From Sedimentisphaerales bacterium (GTDB lineage: Bacteria; Planctomycetota; Phycisphaerae; Sedimentisphaerales; Anaerobacaceae), in contig JAXGYC010000007.1 of NCBI GenBank assembly GCA_040772485.1, positions 32,001-96,000 of the forward strand: a stretch of 64,000 nt of DNA. The letters run 5' to 3'. Position 1 is the stretch's first letter. Each line of letters opens with the position of its first letter. The position numbers and the translations under genes are program-made. Below are positions 37,984 through 48,300 of this stretch, piece by piece. Below the pieces are notes generated by a model. That model was given only the letters and a program-made list of their open reading frames with translations, ran no database searches and was not told the DNA's origin.

Positions 37984-39132
37984 TTACTTGCCGAGGTCTT
38001 TGATTCGGATATGGCGGTACTCGTGGAATCCGTTCTCGCCTTGCAGGCCCAGATAACCGCGCGTCAGCTTGTCCATGCTCGCGGAAACGCTGACGACCTC
38101 GCCGTTCAAACGGACTTCAACGCTCGACTTGACGAGCGTGATCTCGTATTCATTCCATTCCCCGACGGGCTTGAGCACCTTCTGTGTCAATCCGACGTTC
38201 AGATCGTGGGTGGCGCCGAAGATCATGCCCATGCGCGCGGTGTTCTGGCACTGCACCTCGTACTTCTGGCTGGGCCAATCGTCTCCTTCCATGTTGGATC
38301 GCAGGAACACGCCGCCGTCCTGATCGGGCTTCATGAACCGAAATTCCAGGCGGAGAATGAAATCGCTATACTCCTTGTCGCTGCGGAGCCAGCCATGACC
38401 GCCGTTGAGCTTGAGGACGCCGTCTTGTGCGACAAACTGCGCCCCGTTCATAAGATGCCAGCCGTCGAGGGTCTTCCCGTCGAAAAGGCTCACGAAGCCC
38501 TCCTCCGTTCTGCCGAGGTCTTTGATTCGGATATTGCGGTACTCGTGGAATCCGTTCTCGCCTTGCAGGCCCAGATAACCGCGCGTCAGCTTGTCCATGC
38601 TCGCGGAAACGCTGACGACCTCGCCGTTCAAACGGACTTCAACGCTCGACTTGACGAGCGTGATCTCGTATTCATTCCATTCCCCGACGGGCTTGAGCAC
38701 CTTCTGTGTCAATCCGACGTTCAGATCGTGGGTGGCGCCGAAGATCATGCCCATGCGCGCGGTGTTCTGGCACTGCACCTCGTACTTCTGGCTGGGCCAA
38801 TCGTCTCCTTCCATGTTGGATCGCAGGAACACGCCGCCGTCCTGATCGGGCTTCATGAACCGAAATTCCAGGCGGAGAATGAAATCGCTATACTCCTTGT
38901 CGCTGCGGAGCCAGCCATGACCGCCGTTGAGCTTGAGGACGCCGTCTTGTGCGACAAACTGCGCCCCGTTCATAAGATGCCAGCCGTCGAGGGTCTTCCC
39001 GTCGAAAAGGCTCACGAAGCCCTCTTCTGCCTTCTCGGCGGCCCAAGAGGCATTTGACCCGCTCCAAAAGCACGATGCAGCAATGACAACGGCAGTCCGG
39101 GCGACACAGCGGTTGTGGACCATGTTCTTCAC
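37984..39132 (-). CDS. Tandem DUF1080 (3-keto-disaccharide hydrolase-like) protein
   Basis: Signal peptide; two copies of GFVSLFDGKTLDGW...GEWNEYEI...GLQ..YR.IRIK. Confidence 0.88.
   Translation of the reverse strand: MKNMVHNRCVARTAVVIAASCFWSGSNASWAAEKAEEGFVSLFDGKTLDGWHLMNGAQFVAQDGVLKLNGGHGWLRSDKEYSDFILRLEFRFMKPDQDGGVFLRSNMEGDDWPSQKYEVQCQNTARMGMIFGATHDLNVGLTQKVLKPVGEWNEYEITLVKSSVEVRLNGEVVSVSASMDKLTRGYLGLQGENGFHEYRNIRIKDLGRTEEGFVSLFDGKTLDGWHLMNGAQFVAQDGVLKLNGGHGWLRSDKEYSDFILRLEFRFMKPDQDGGVFLRSNMEGDDWPSQKYEVQCQNTARMGMIFGATHDLNVGLTQKVLKPVGEWNEYEITLVKSSVEVRLNGEVVSVSASMDKLTRGYLGLQGENGFHEYRHIRIKDLGK
37989..39024. repeat. Near-identical tandem duplication (37989-38502 and 38511-39024)
   Basis: 514-bp units with a 522-bp period; only one difference seen by eye (His/Asn codon). 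Confidence 0.92.
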
Positions 39133-39299
39133 CTCCTTACGGGTTCGTCTTTAGAATCGGCATTGGGCATCCAGCCTCATAACCGGTGCTCCTGTACGGC
39201 ATACTCTCGAGCATCCGACATTTCCCATATAGCCTTCATCCGGCAACATCGGCGGTCTTCTATTCCATGAATATACGGCCCTTTACCCGGGGCATTCAA

Positions 39300-39540
39300 G
39301 TGTAGAATGCTCAGCGGGTCGGCAAGCGACGGTGGATTCGCAGAAAATCGCCATCCACGGTGCTCGGACAGCAGCCGGGGCCAGCTGGCATGAAAGGCAG
39401 AAGCTCCTGGCGGGCATGATAGCCGCGAGGGAGGTTCAGACGAAAGGAGGTTCTGCCATGTACTACGCAGGGATTGATTACCACAAACGCTATTCGGTGA
39501 TCAGCATCCAGGCATTGTATTGGGGTCAGCCGGCTATAGC
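39300..39540 (+). mobile_element. IS110-family remnant (5' non-coding end plus first 18 codons); boundaries approximate
   Basis: AAAGGAGG RBS, ATG at 39458: MYYAGIDYHKRYSVISIQ, the DEDD recombinase N-terminal motif; homology then lost. Confidence 0.65.
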
Positions 39541-39607
39541 CCAAAGGAATCTCCCGTCGGGGTCAAGGGCGGCTCACGTATCTCGTGGTGCGGCGGCAAG
39601 AAGCCGT

Positions 39608-39722
39608 TCGTAGCGTGCCCGCAAGAGCCTGCCCCCTTCGGCATCGCTCAGGGCGGGCTCTGAGCGGAGTCGAAGGGGCATCCTCACCCCGATACAGGCA
39701 ACGCCTTACGGCGTCACTACGA
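39608..39722. repeat. REP-like palindromic element(s)
   Basis: tgcccccttcg..cgctcag..ctgagcg..cgaaggggca hairpin nested in tcgtag...ctacga; acgcc-ttac-ggcgt hairpin. Confidence 0.55.
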
Positions 39723-39992
39723 ACCGCCATCCCTCTCAATGGAGACGGGGACCACGCTGCGGGCCGCGCTTCGTCTGAAGTTTCGGTCTCGGAAATTTCT
39801 CGAAAAGATCATCCTGGCCGGGGCGGCTGGAACATTCGGTGCGGCCGTCGGTTACGGCCGGCGGGCACGCCTCGCGAAAAAACGCGGAGAATTTGTGTTG
39901 ACGGCTACGAGGAAATGTTCGTAATGTGTTCATAGAACGAAATAGTAAATCGTAAATCTCAAATAGTAAATCTCAGATGTGGAGGGTCGATC

Positions 39993-40886
39993 ATGGCTAC
40001 GGAAGCGCAGGTGCGGGCGAATCGGTTGAACGCGCAGAAGTCGACGGGGCCGCGGACGGCGGCGGGCAAGGCGGTGGCCTCGCAGAACGCGGTGACGCAC
40101 GGCCTGCTCGCCCGCAAGACGGTCATCAGCGGCGAGGACCCGGGGCAGTTCGAAACCTATCGGGCGCAGTTGCTGGCGGAGCTGCATCCGGCGGGTGTTC
40201 TGGAGGCGGTGCTGGCCGAGCGGATCGTCGGCCTGGCCTGGCGGCTGCGGCGGGCCGACTGCCTCCAGGCGGAGGTCTTCGACACGCTGCTGGCCCGCGA
40301 GAGCACCCCCTACGCCAAGCGGTGCCTGGCGCACCTGTACTTCGGATCGGAGAACGGTCCCGACCCGCGCGACTCGGCGCTGGGACGGATCGTGATCTCC
40401 GATTTCCGCTGCGCGAAGGTGCTGGAGCGGCTGGGCCTGTACGAGCGGCGGATCGAGCAGGGCCTCTACAGAACCCTCGACGAACTGGAGAAGGTCCGCC
40501 AGCTCCGCTGCGCCGAACCGCCCGCAGCGCTGCCGCCGGAGCAGGAGCCGCCGCCAAGAGACCTATCGTGCGAAACAAAGCCAATTTGCCCGGCTGGCGA
40601 CGCCGGGGATGCGCCCGAGTCCTCGACGAACTCCGATCGCGACGCTGGAGGGTTGACGGGACCGACGGATGGGCATAGACTCGTGACAGTTGCCGTTGCC
40701 TCCGAGGCCGCGACATCCGGGCCAAATGAAGCCGGAGCGGGCCCTCGCGAGGCACATCGAGCATCGGAAAGGAAGAATCGCGATGAGAAGCAAGACGTTC
40801 CACTCGACCACGATCCTGGCAGCCGTTTCCCTGATCGGCCTGTCGCTGGCGTACACCGCCCAAGCGGAGCTGAATCAGCCGCCTGA
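39993..40886 (+). CDS. Hypothetical protein (ANRxNAQKSTGPRT...NAxxHGL family)
   Basis: Recognisable N-terminal motif, GGAGG RBS; low-complexity C-terminus overlaps the next gene. Confidence 0.7.
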   Translation: MATEAQVRANRLNAQKSTGPRTAAGKAVASQNAVTHGLLARKTVISGEDPGQFETYRAQLLAELHPAGVLEAVLAERIVGLAWRLRRADCLQAEVFDTLLARESTPYAKRCLAHLYFGSENGPDPRDSALGRIVISDFRCAKVLERLGLYERRIEQGLYRTLDELEKVRQLRCAEPPAALPPEQEPPPRDLSCETKPICPAGDAGDAPESSTNSDRDAGGLTGPTDGHRLVTVAVASEAATSGPNEAGAGPREAHRASERKNRDEKQDVPLDHDPGSRFPDRPVAGVHRPSGAESAA

Positions 40887-42090
40887 GGGCTTCACCGCCC
40901 TGTTCAACGGAAAGGACCTGACCGGCTGGAAGGGCCTGCTCAAAGGCCCCTACGACAATCCCGATAAGCGGGCGGCCCTGGAGCCCGACAAGCTCGCCGA
41001 GCTGCAGAAAGAGGCCAACGACAACATGGTCGCCCACTGGAAGGTGGTCGACGGCGTCCTGGTCTTCGACGGCAAGGGCCGCAGCCTGTGCACCGCGAAG
41101 GACTACGCCGATTTCGAGATGCTCGTCGACTGGAAGATCGAGAAGGCCGGCGACAGCGGCATCTACCTTCGCGGCGCACCTCAGGTGCAGATCTGGGACA
41201 CCGCCCTGCGGACGGTCGGCGCCCAGGTCGGCTCCGGCGGCCTCTACAACAACCAGAAGAACCCGAGCAAGCCGACGAAGGTCGCGGACAAGCCGGTCGG
41301 CGAGTGGAACACCTTCCGCATCATCATGGTCGGCGAGAACGTCACCGTCTACCTGAACGACGAGCTGGTCGTGGACAACGTGGTGATGGAGAACTACTGG
41401 GACCGCAGCAAACCCATCTACCCCACCGGGCAGATCGAGCTTCAGAACCACGGGAACTTCCTGTACTTCCGGAACATCTACATCCGCGAGATCCTGACCG
41501 CGGAGGAGCGGCTGGCGGGCTTCGTGCCGCTGTTCAACGGGCGCGACATGGCCGGCTGGACCGGCAACACCACCGGCTACTACGCCGAGGACGGCCGGAT
41601 GATCTGCGACCCGAAGAAGGCCGGCGGCAACGTGTACACGGCAGACGAGTACGGCGACTTCATCTTCCGATTCGAGTTCAAGCTGACTCCCGGGGCCAAC
41701 AACGGGCTGGGGATCCGCTCGCCGCTGTCGGGCGACTCCGCCTATCAGGGCATGGAGCTCCAGATTCTGGACGATACGGCGGCCAAATATGCGACGCTCC
41801 AGCCGTACCAGTATCATGGCTCGATCTATGGCGTGGTCCCCGCCAAGCGAGGTCACCAGAAGCCGGTCGGCGAGTGGAACAGTCAGGAAGTGATCGCCAA
41901 GGGGCCGCACATCACCGTCAATCTCAACGGGGCGACCATCGTCGACGCCGATATCGAAAAGGCCAGCACGCCGGAGACCATGGACCATCGCGAGCATCCC
42001 GGCCTGAAGAACCCAAAGGGCCACATCGGCTTCTGCGGACACGGCGACTACCTCGAGTTCCGCAACATCCGGATCAAGCCGCTCGATTAG
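40783..42090 (+). CDS. Tandem DUF1080 protein
   Basis: Signal peptide; GFTALFNGKDLTGW and GFVPLFNGRDMAGW; FRNI; ATG at 40783. Confidence 0.9.
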   Translation: MRSKTFHSTTILAAVSLIGLSLAYTAQAELNQPPEGFTALFNGKDLTGWKGLLKGPYDNPDKRAALEPDKLAELQKEANDNMVAHWKVVDGVLVFDGKGRSLCTAKDYADFEMLVDWKIEKAGDSGIYLRGAPQVQIWDTALRTVGAQVGSGGLYNNQKNPSKPTKVADKPVGEWNTFRIIMVGENVTVYLNDELVVDNVVMENYWDRSKPIYPTGQIELQNHGNFLYFRNIYIREILTAEERLAGFVPLFNGRDMAGWTGNTTGYYAEDGRMICDPKKAGGNVYTADEYGDFIFRFEFKLTPGANNGLGIRSPLSGDSAYQGMELQILDDTAAKYATLQPYQYHGSIYGVVPAKRGHQKPVGEWNSQEVIAKGPHITVNLNGATIVDADIEKASTPETMDHREHPGLKNPKGHIGFCGHGDYLEFRNIRIKPLD

Positions 42091-42353
42091 CGGCACGTTT
42101 CGACACTCCGTGACGGTGTATTGACGAGGCCAGCGGACCCACGCCGGTCAGAGGCCGCCGGGCTGTATCGGGCCGGCCCCGGATGAGCTCTGTAGGCGTT
42201 TCCCTGACGCAGAGCCAGCCTTTTCCCTAACCGTCCTCGCTGCACCGGGCGGTCTTCGCCCGCGTATACCCCCGTGGCCTGTTATATGGGACGTTGCCTT
42301 GGGGGCAGCGTCGCTCTTGGAGCGTTACTCATTGCCAGCACGGAGGTTATGCG

Positions 42354-42782
42354 ATGACGCGATGGATGTTATGGGCAGCCGTCGCAGGGCTTCTGTCTGC
42401 CGTGCAGGTTGCCGGGGCCGGAACGGATCGAGAGGCCGACCTTGAGCAGCTCCTGGATGCGATCGCAGCGGTGGAAAGCCGGGCGAATCCGGAGGCAGTA
42501 GGAGACAGCGGGCGAGCCAGGGGGGCCTACCAGATCCACCGCCGCTACTGGGTCGACGGGACCAGGATTCTGGGCGTGGACTGGAGCTACGACGAGGCCA
42601 TCGACCCCTACAAAGCCCGCCAGGTCGTACGAGCTTACCTGACGCACTATGGGCGGGATCGTAGCCTTCTGGAGAAGGCCCGCATACACAACGGCGGCCC
42701 ACGAGGCTACCGCAAGCAGGCAACGCTGCCATACGCGCGGAAGATCGTCAAGGTCCTTCAGACCGAGTGCGAATCGTCGTAG
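42354..42782 (+). CDS. Secreted lysozyme-fold protein (destabilase/SLT-like)
   Basis: Signal peptide, [25 protein letters not shown]. Confidence 0.8.
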   Translation: MTRWMLWAAVAGLLSAVQVAGAGTDREADLEQLLDAIAAVESRANPEAVGDSGRARGAYQIHRRYWVDGTRILGVDWSYDEAIDPYKARQVVRAYLTHYGRDRSLLEKARIHNGGPRGYRKQATLPYARKIVKVLQTECESS

Positions 42783-43612
42783 CCGCATTCGGCGCACGTT
42801 TCCCAGACGTCCGTCTCCTGCGGCGTGATGTTGATGATGTCAGGCGTCTGGAGCCGGCCGAGGGCTTCTTTCGCGAGGGCTTCGTACTCAGCGGCCCCCC
42901 TGCTGTCGGGTGCGTAGGTCTGGATGGCTTGGCCCACGCTGGGCGCCTCGGCCAGGGTGATGGTCTTGTGGATGACGGTGTCGAACACCAGGGGCCCGAA
43001 AAGGCCGCGCATGCCATCCTCGACCCGCTTGCTCAGGAGCGTGCGGCCCTCCACGAAGGTCAGCAGCAGCCCCATCGGCCGGACCAGGCACGGGTGGAAC
43101 CGCGTCCGGATCACCTGGATCGTGTCGAGCAGACGCTTCAGGCCGTCCAGGGCATAGAAATGGGCCTGCACCGGCACGATCACGTTCGTGCTGGCGGTCA
43201 GGGCGTTGAGCATGAGCAGCCCGAGCGTCGGGGGGCAATCGATCAGGCAGATGTCGTACCAGTCGGCGATCGGCCGCAATTGCTCGCCCAGAATCAGTTC
43301 CTTGCCGGGAGCGGTTCGCAGCTCCAGGTCGAGCCCGGCCAGAAGCACGTTGGCCGGCAGCAGGTGGAGGTTGTCGATGTTGGTCCGCTGGATGATCGAT
43401 GCCAGGCGGGCGTTGCCGCCGACCATGAAATCGTACACCGTCAGGTCCAGCTCGTTCGGACTGTACCCCAAGCCGAGGGTGGCGTGTCCTTGCGGGTCGA
43501 AATCCAGCAGCAGGACCTTGTAGCCCATCAGGGCAAAGGCCCCAGCCAGGTTGATGGCGGTGGTCGTCTTGCCGCAGCCGCCCTTCTGATTCGCAACCGC
43601 TATGATCTGCAT
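42758..43612 (-). CDS. parA: ParA/Soj family ATPase
   Basis: [33 protein letters not shown] at 43612. Confidence 0.9.
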   Translation of the reverse strand: MQIIAVANQKGGCGKTTTAINLAGAFALMGYKVLLLDFDPQGHATLGLGYSPNELDLTVYDFMVGGNARLASIIQRTNIDNLHLLPANVLLAGLDLELRTAPGKELILGEQLRPIADWYDICLIDCPPTLGLLMLNALTASTNVIVPVQAHFYALDGLKRLLDTIQVIRTRFHPCLVRPMGLLLTFVEGRTLLSKRVEDGMRGLFGPLVFDTVIHKTITLAEAPSVGQAIQTYAPDSRGAAEYEALAKEALGRLQTPDIINITPQETDVWETCAECGYDDSHSV

Positions 43613-44068
43613 GCAGCCGTCAGGATCGAAGCAACAGAACCCAGGATTGAATCGACTCCCTTCACCCGCCGCTCGCACGTCCATGATGGTCCTATTTTAC
43701 CAGCCCAGCAGGCCTGATTTCAAGGAAAAACCGCCCCCGACCCCCCAACCGTGTCTGTGCGAATTTCGCGGCAAGGCCTGTTTTCCAGCACAGAGCGTCA
43801 CGTGTGGCAGCGGCAAGCGAAGGCTTGCCGATGGTGATACGCATGCCGTCGAAGCCATCGGCAAACTCCGCCTTGCCTCGTTTGCCGCTGCCACCCGCCT
43901 GCCAGGATATCTTCACAGACACCCCCAACCGGAGCGGGGGCCCCGAAACGCCGTTCAAATAGCCCAAAACCCCAGGAAATCCTCATCTGAGGCCTCCCGC
44001 CAGCCGATAAACACGACGGAGGGAGGGAGTATGATTATAGGGCCTGTAGGCCATGGGAGGTTTGCCAC

Positions 44069-44467
44069 ATGCTCAAGGCAAAGGACATCATGACGACCGA
44101 GGTCGTGGCCGTATCCAAGGACGCGGACATCTATCGGGCGATCCGGATGATGGTGGAGAACAACGTGACGGGCCTGCCTGTCATCGACAAGGATCGGATG
44201 CTGGTGGGCGTGGTCACGGAGAAGGACGTCCTGAAGCTGCTCTATGAGGTGGAAGACCGGCCCGGGAAGGTCGAGCACTACATGACCAAGGCGGTGGTCG
44301 CGTTCGACCAGGAGACGGAAATCGGGATCGTCGCGGACGGGCTGGCGACCAGCCACTTCCGGCGTGTTCCCATCCTCAACCACGGTCGGCTGGTCGGCAT
44401 CATCAGCCGCAAGGACGTCATCCAACACATCAAAGAGCAATGGCTCACGGAGAAGGCTCCCGCGTAG
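44069..44467 (+). CDS. CBS-pair protein
   Basis: KDIMT, GLPV, LVGVVTEKD, LVGIISRKD. Confidence 0.92.
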   Translation: MLKAKDIMTTEVVAVSKDADIYRAIRMMVENNVTGLPVIDKDRMLVGVVTEKDVLKLLYEVEDRPGKVEHYMTKAVVAFDQETEIGIVADGLATSHFRRVPILNHGRLVGIISRKDVIQHIKEQWLTEKAPA

Positions 44468-44509
44468 GGCAGAACCTGCTCGGCTCTACGCCAACCGAAA
44501 GGTTTCGAT

Positions 44510-44893
44510 ATGCACGAGACGAAAGACATCATGTCAACCGACGTCGTGAGCGTCCAGCCCGACACCCCTGTCGCGAGAGTCGTGGAGCTGCTGATCGAGA
44601 ACGACATCACCGGCCTGCCGGTGGTCGAACCGTCGGGCCGACTGGTCGGCATCGTCACCGAGAAGGACCTGATCGGCGTTCTGTGCGGCCAGGACGCGCC
44701 CAGCGGCACGGCACGGGACTACATGACCGACGACGTCATCAGCTTCGACGAGGACGACGACATCATTGCCATTTGCGAGTGTCTGATCCACAACCATCTG
44801 CGCAGGGTCCCCATTCTGGCCGATGGGAAGCTCGTCGGCATCATCAGCCGACGGGACCTCATCAAGTACATCATGGAGCCCATCGGCCGCTGA
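44510..44893 (+). CDS. CBS-pair protein (tandem paralog)
   Basis: KDIMS, GLPV, LVGIVTEKD, LVGIISRRD. Confidence 0.92.
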   Translation: MHETKDIMSTDVVSVQPDTPVARVVELLIENDITGLPVVEPSGRLVGIVTEKDLIGVLCGQDAPSGTARDYMTDDVISFDEDDDIIAICECLIHNHLRRVPILADGKLVGIISRRDLIKYIMEPIGR

Positions 44894-45149
44894 GCCACCT
44901 TCGAGCCGCTCGCATCGGCCTGCTTTTCCGAAAAGACAACCTGCGACCTCCAGTTTTCCGGGTTGTGCGCCCGCGGATTGTCTCGGGTCAAAATACGTAG
45001 TCTCCACAATTGACGAGTCCACCGGCGATCATAGACTGAACACCGATCTTGGGGAAAAGGCGACAGCGGATCGCCGGGTGGGGATGAGCCGGTTCGAAAC
45101 GCTGACGTCAGACATGAGGCAGCACTGTGATGGGGCGAAAGGACGATCT

Positions 45150-45464
45150 ATGGACGGGTCTACCCCCGAGGGAATGACGGGTCCATCACACGACAAGGAT
45201 ACGTCGGACAGGCAGAACGGCAGCAACGTCGAACGTTTCATCCGAGTGACATACGAGAAGCTGCCGGCGGAGACCAAGGTGCTCGTGGCGCTCTTCTCGG
45301 CCATGAACACCGTGACGACGTTGACCAAGGATTTCCAACTGCCCGATACCCTGTGGGACTCGATGCTCTTCCACAGCGGCGGTCCCCTCGTCGGCGAGTC
45401 GGAGGAAGTCAACTGGCTCAAGGGAATCTGCGACGGGATTCTGCTGGTAGCCAACCACGCATAG
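45150..45464 (+). CDS. Hypothetical protein (about 104 aa)
   Basis: AAAGGA RBS, GC3-biased codons, amphipathic helices. Confidence 0.6.
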   Translation: MDGSTPEGMTGPSHDKDTSDRQNGSNVERFIRVTYEKLPAETKVLVALFSAMNTVTTLTKDFQLPDTLWDSMLFHSGGPLVGESEEVNWLKGICDGILLVANHA

Positions 45465-45850
45465 CCGCCACTCTTGAGGCGCCATCCATCGATCGGCCTC
45501 GGCCGCAGATCACTCCTCGTTCTTCACAAATCTCCCTCTGGCAAACTTTCCCACATTTACATGAGCGGCGGCCCGGCCGACTCAAGGTCCGATGAGCCGG
45601 CGCCGAGCCCTGCATCCGGAAAATTGCCATTGGACAAAGAGCGTCCGGTCGGGCATAATGTCGTGCGCGCCAGGCAGCGATCTCCCGGGGAGATCGGGCG
45701 TACTCGTCAGGACGTTTCCCTGGAACTGTCGCGGGGAAGTCGAGACGATCGTCGCGTGTCGCGCCCAGACACGTGCGACGCGGCGCCACGGATGGGGTGG
45801 AGAAGAGCGTAGGAATCCGAGCGTTTGAGTCTCGAGTGGACGAGAGTTCT

Positions 45851-48274
45851 ATGCTGAGAGTCCGTATCGACAATCATGACGCCAAGGTGATGCCGATCTC
45901 TCTGGCCCAGATGGTCTTCGACGGCCGGCTCGATCGACACGATCCGGCCAAAAGCTCCGACGGCGCGACGGAACAGCCGCTGGAGCGCGCGATCGGCCCA
46001 ACCTGCCTGGAGGCGCTGGCCGCCGAACTGCTCGTCCGGCTGCGGTCGATGTACCGGCGGGGCGTCCGCGCCGAGGGCATCGACGCGCTTCGCACGCGGG
46101 TCGAGTCGCTGTGCCAATGGCACTGGGCCGTGCCGAACATTCGTGCTCGCTTCCTGTGGAGCGCCGCCTGGCTCAACGAGCTGAGCGAGCGCTTCGAGAC
46201 CGCCGTCAGCTACTACGACGCCTTTCTCCAGGCGCGGTGCCGGGAGTCTCACCTGCGTCTTCTGGCCTACAACAATCGCGGCGCGCTGTGTATCCGGCTG
46301 GGACGGCTGGACGGGGTGCAGGACCTGGCGAAGTCCGCGATCCCGTCGGACACGAATTCCGGCAGGCCGGCTCCGGTGACGGGGCTTCCGGCCGCGTGCT
46401 TCAATCTTCTCAACGTGATCAACGTGGCCATCGAGGTGGACAACCTCACGCAGGCCGTCGATGGACAACTTACCGAGTACTTCCTCCAACTTCCCGAAGA
46501 GGCCAGGCGCCACTGGCTGGGAGCGGCGTCCCACGCGGACCGCGCGTCCATGCATGGACCGGAAGATTCGTCCATTCTCGGCGATCCAACCTGGCGGTCT
46601 CTCAATCATCTGACGTCACGCCTGGCGGCGCAGGCGATGTCACTCGATCCAACACAGGCCGCCGAACAGACCCCGGCGCGCGAACCGTCGTGTGAACTGC
46701 TGCTCTGGGGTGACGAACTGCCCGCGTGCGCGCATGATCGCTATGCCGAAGCGGCGACGCTTCTGTTGGCCAATCAGATTCCTTCCTCCCTCCTCTCGCA
46801 GGACCGTCCCGGACGGCGGGCCGAGCAGTCCGCCCTGGAGGAGTTGGCCGAGATCGAGGGACTGGTGGCCGCCGGCAGCTTCGAGCTGGCGCGCTCGCGT
46901 CTGGAGGTGCAACGCAGGATCCTCGTCGCGCTGGACCATCAGGTCCGTCGGGACGAGCTGCTGGCGCAGGTAGAGGCCGAGCTGCTCCGGATCAGAGACG
47001 ACGAGAAGGACTTCCGGCAGCTCCAGCTCCAGCGAACTTGCGCGCGACTCGTCAGCGAACTGGAGCGGGTCTGCAGACTCACGAATCTCGCCGCCGCCGA
47101 ACGGCAGATCGAGGACCTCAAACACCGGCTCGCCGAGCACAAGTCCCGGCTGGGACCGCAGGCCGGCGCCGAGTTCGTCGGTCTGCTGGAGGAGCTTTCC
47201 TTTCGAGCCGAGCGGCACCTGGGTCGCCTGAGGCGACTGGACGTGCGAAAGAGAATCCGCGAGCCTCTGCGGCAGCTTCGCCGCACGTGGCCGGCCGACT
47301 GGACCGCCTCGGTCCCCGATTCGGCGTACGCGGCCCTGGCGCAGTGCCATCTCAACGATCCGAGCGGACACGTGGAAGACTGGCCGCGTCTGCGGGACCA
47401 GCTCGATGCGCATCAGGCGCAGTTCCGGCTGCGAACCGCGCTGGCCCAGTGGTCGAGCGAGCCGGCCCTGCCCGAGAGAGTCGAGGCGCTCCTGGCGGAC
47501 GTGCTGACGCTCTGCCCCGACTCCTGGCACACGATCGCCCCGTTCTTCGGCCTGACCGATGAGCGGCCTTCTGCGACGGCGTCGGGGGCGGCCACCGACA
47601 TGCGGACGGCTCTCGAGGCAGCGGCCCGTCACATGCTGCCCGCGCCACCGGCAGACTCTCAGGAACGTGGGGACAGTCACCGCCGCGACCTGCTGAACCG
47701 CGCCGGCTCGCTTGTGAACCGGGCGTTCCGTGAACTGCACGGAAACCCCCGGCGATTTGCGCGTCTGTGGGAGTGCCTGCGAAGCACGTTGACGCCTGCT
47801 TTGGCCGATGCGCCGGTAGAGGCGATCGCCGACATTTCGGCCATCGCCGGACGATGCCTGGACCATTGGCCGGCCAGAGATTCGGGGCTGGCGGGACGAT
47901 CGGACCCGCGCAATCCCGTGCGGCTGTTTCTCGAATCGTGCGAGAAGACGCGCTGTCTGGCCATGGCCGAAAGGCTGCTCGACTCAGAACCCGCAAAGAC
48001 CCAGGAGGCGTCGGAGCACATCGGCTGGGCGCTGGGGATGGGACTCGACGCAAACGATCAGGTCCGGCGGGCCGCTGCGTGCGTCTACCTCGCCGGACGC
48101 CACGATCAGGATCCGCCGGCCCTGCAACGGCAGGTGCTCGACGGCCTCGACGCGTGGGCCGAAGGGCTTGCCGAAGACGCCGTACGCCGCATCACAGAAC
48201 AACAGATCATCGGCCGGATCGCGACGATCAGGACGCCGCTTGGCTCTGCGCCGTCCGACCGGCAGGAGATATGA
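45851..48274 (+). CDS. Alpha-helical TPR/coiled-coil protein
   Basis: AVSYYDAFL...LAYNNRGALCIRLG TPR-like motif; start uncertain (45773 or 45851). Confidence 0.7.
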   Translation: MLRVRIDNHDAKVMPISLAQMVFDGRLDRHDPAKSSDGATEQPLERAIGPTCLEALAAELLVRLRSMYRRGVRAEGIDALRTRVESLCQWHWAVPNIRARFLWSAAWLNELSERFETAVSYYDAFLQARCRESHLRLLAYNNRGALCIRLGRLDGVQDLAKSAIPSDTNSGRPAPVTGLPAACFNLLNVINVAIEVDNLTQAVDGQLTEYFLQLPEEARRHWLGAASHADRASMHGPEDSSILGDPTWRSLNHLTSRLAAQAMSLDPTQAAEQTPAREPSCELLLWGDELPACAHDRYAEAATLLLANQIPSSLLSQDRPGRRAEQSALEELAEIEGLVAAGSFELARSRLEVQRRILVALDHQVRRDELLAQVEAELLRIRDDEKDFRQLQLQRTCARLVSELERVCRLTNLAAAERQIEDLKHRLAEHKSRLGPQAGAEFVGLLEELSFRAERHLGRLRRLDVRKRIREPLRQLRRTWPADWTASVPDSAYAALAQCHLNDPSGHVEDWPRLRDQLDAHQAQFRLRTALAQWSSEPALPERVEALLADVLTLCPDSWHTIAPFFGLTDERPSATASGAATDMRTALEAAARHMLPAPPADSQERGDSHRRDLLNRAGSLVNRAFRELHGNPRRFARLWECLRSTLTPALADAPVEAIADISAIAGRCLDHWPARDSGLAGRSDPRNPVRLFLESCEKTRCLAMAERLLDSEPAKTQEASEHIGWALGMGLDANDQVRRAAACVYLAGRHDQDPPALQRQVLDGLDAWAEGLAEDAVRRITEQQIIGRIATIRTPLGSAPSDRQEI

Positions 48275-48300
48275 GGGACGTTTGACGTCTCTGGAGTACT

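Noticed and set aside
39940..39975. aaatagtaaatc short tandem repeat
   Set aside because: Too short and low-complexity to assign a function
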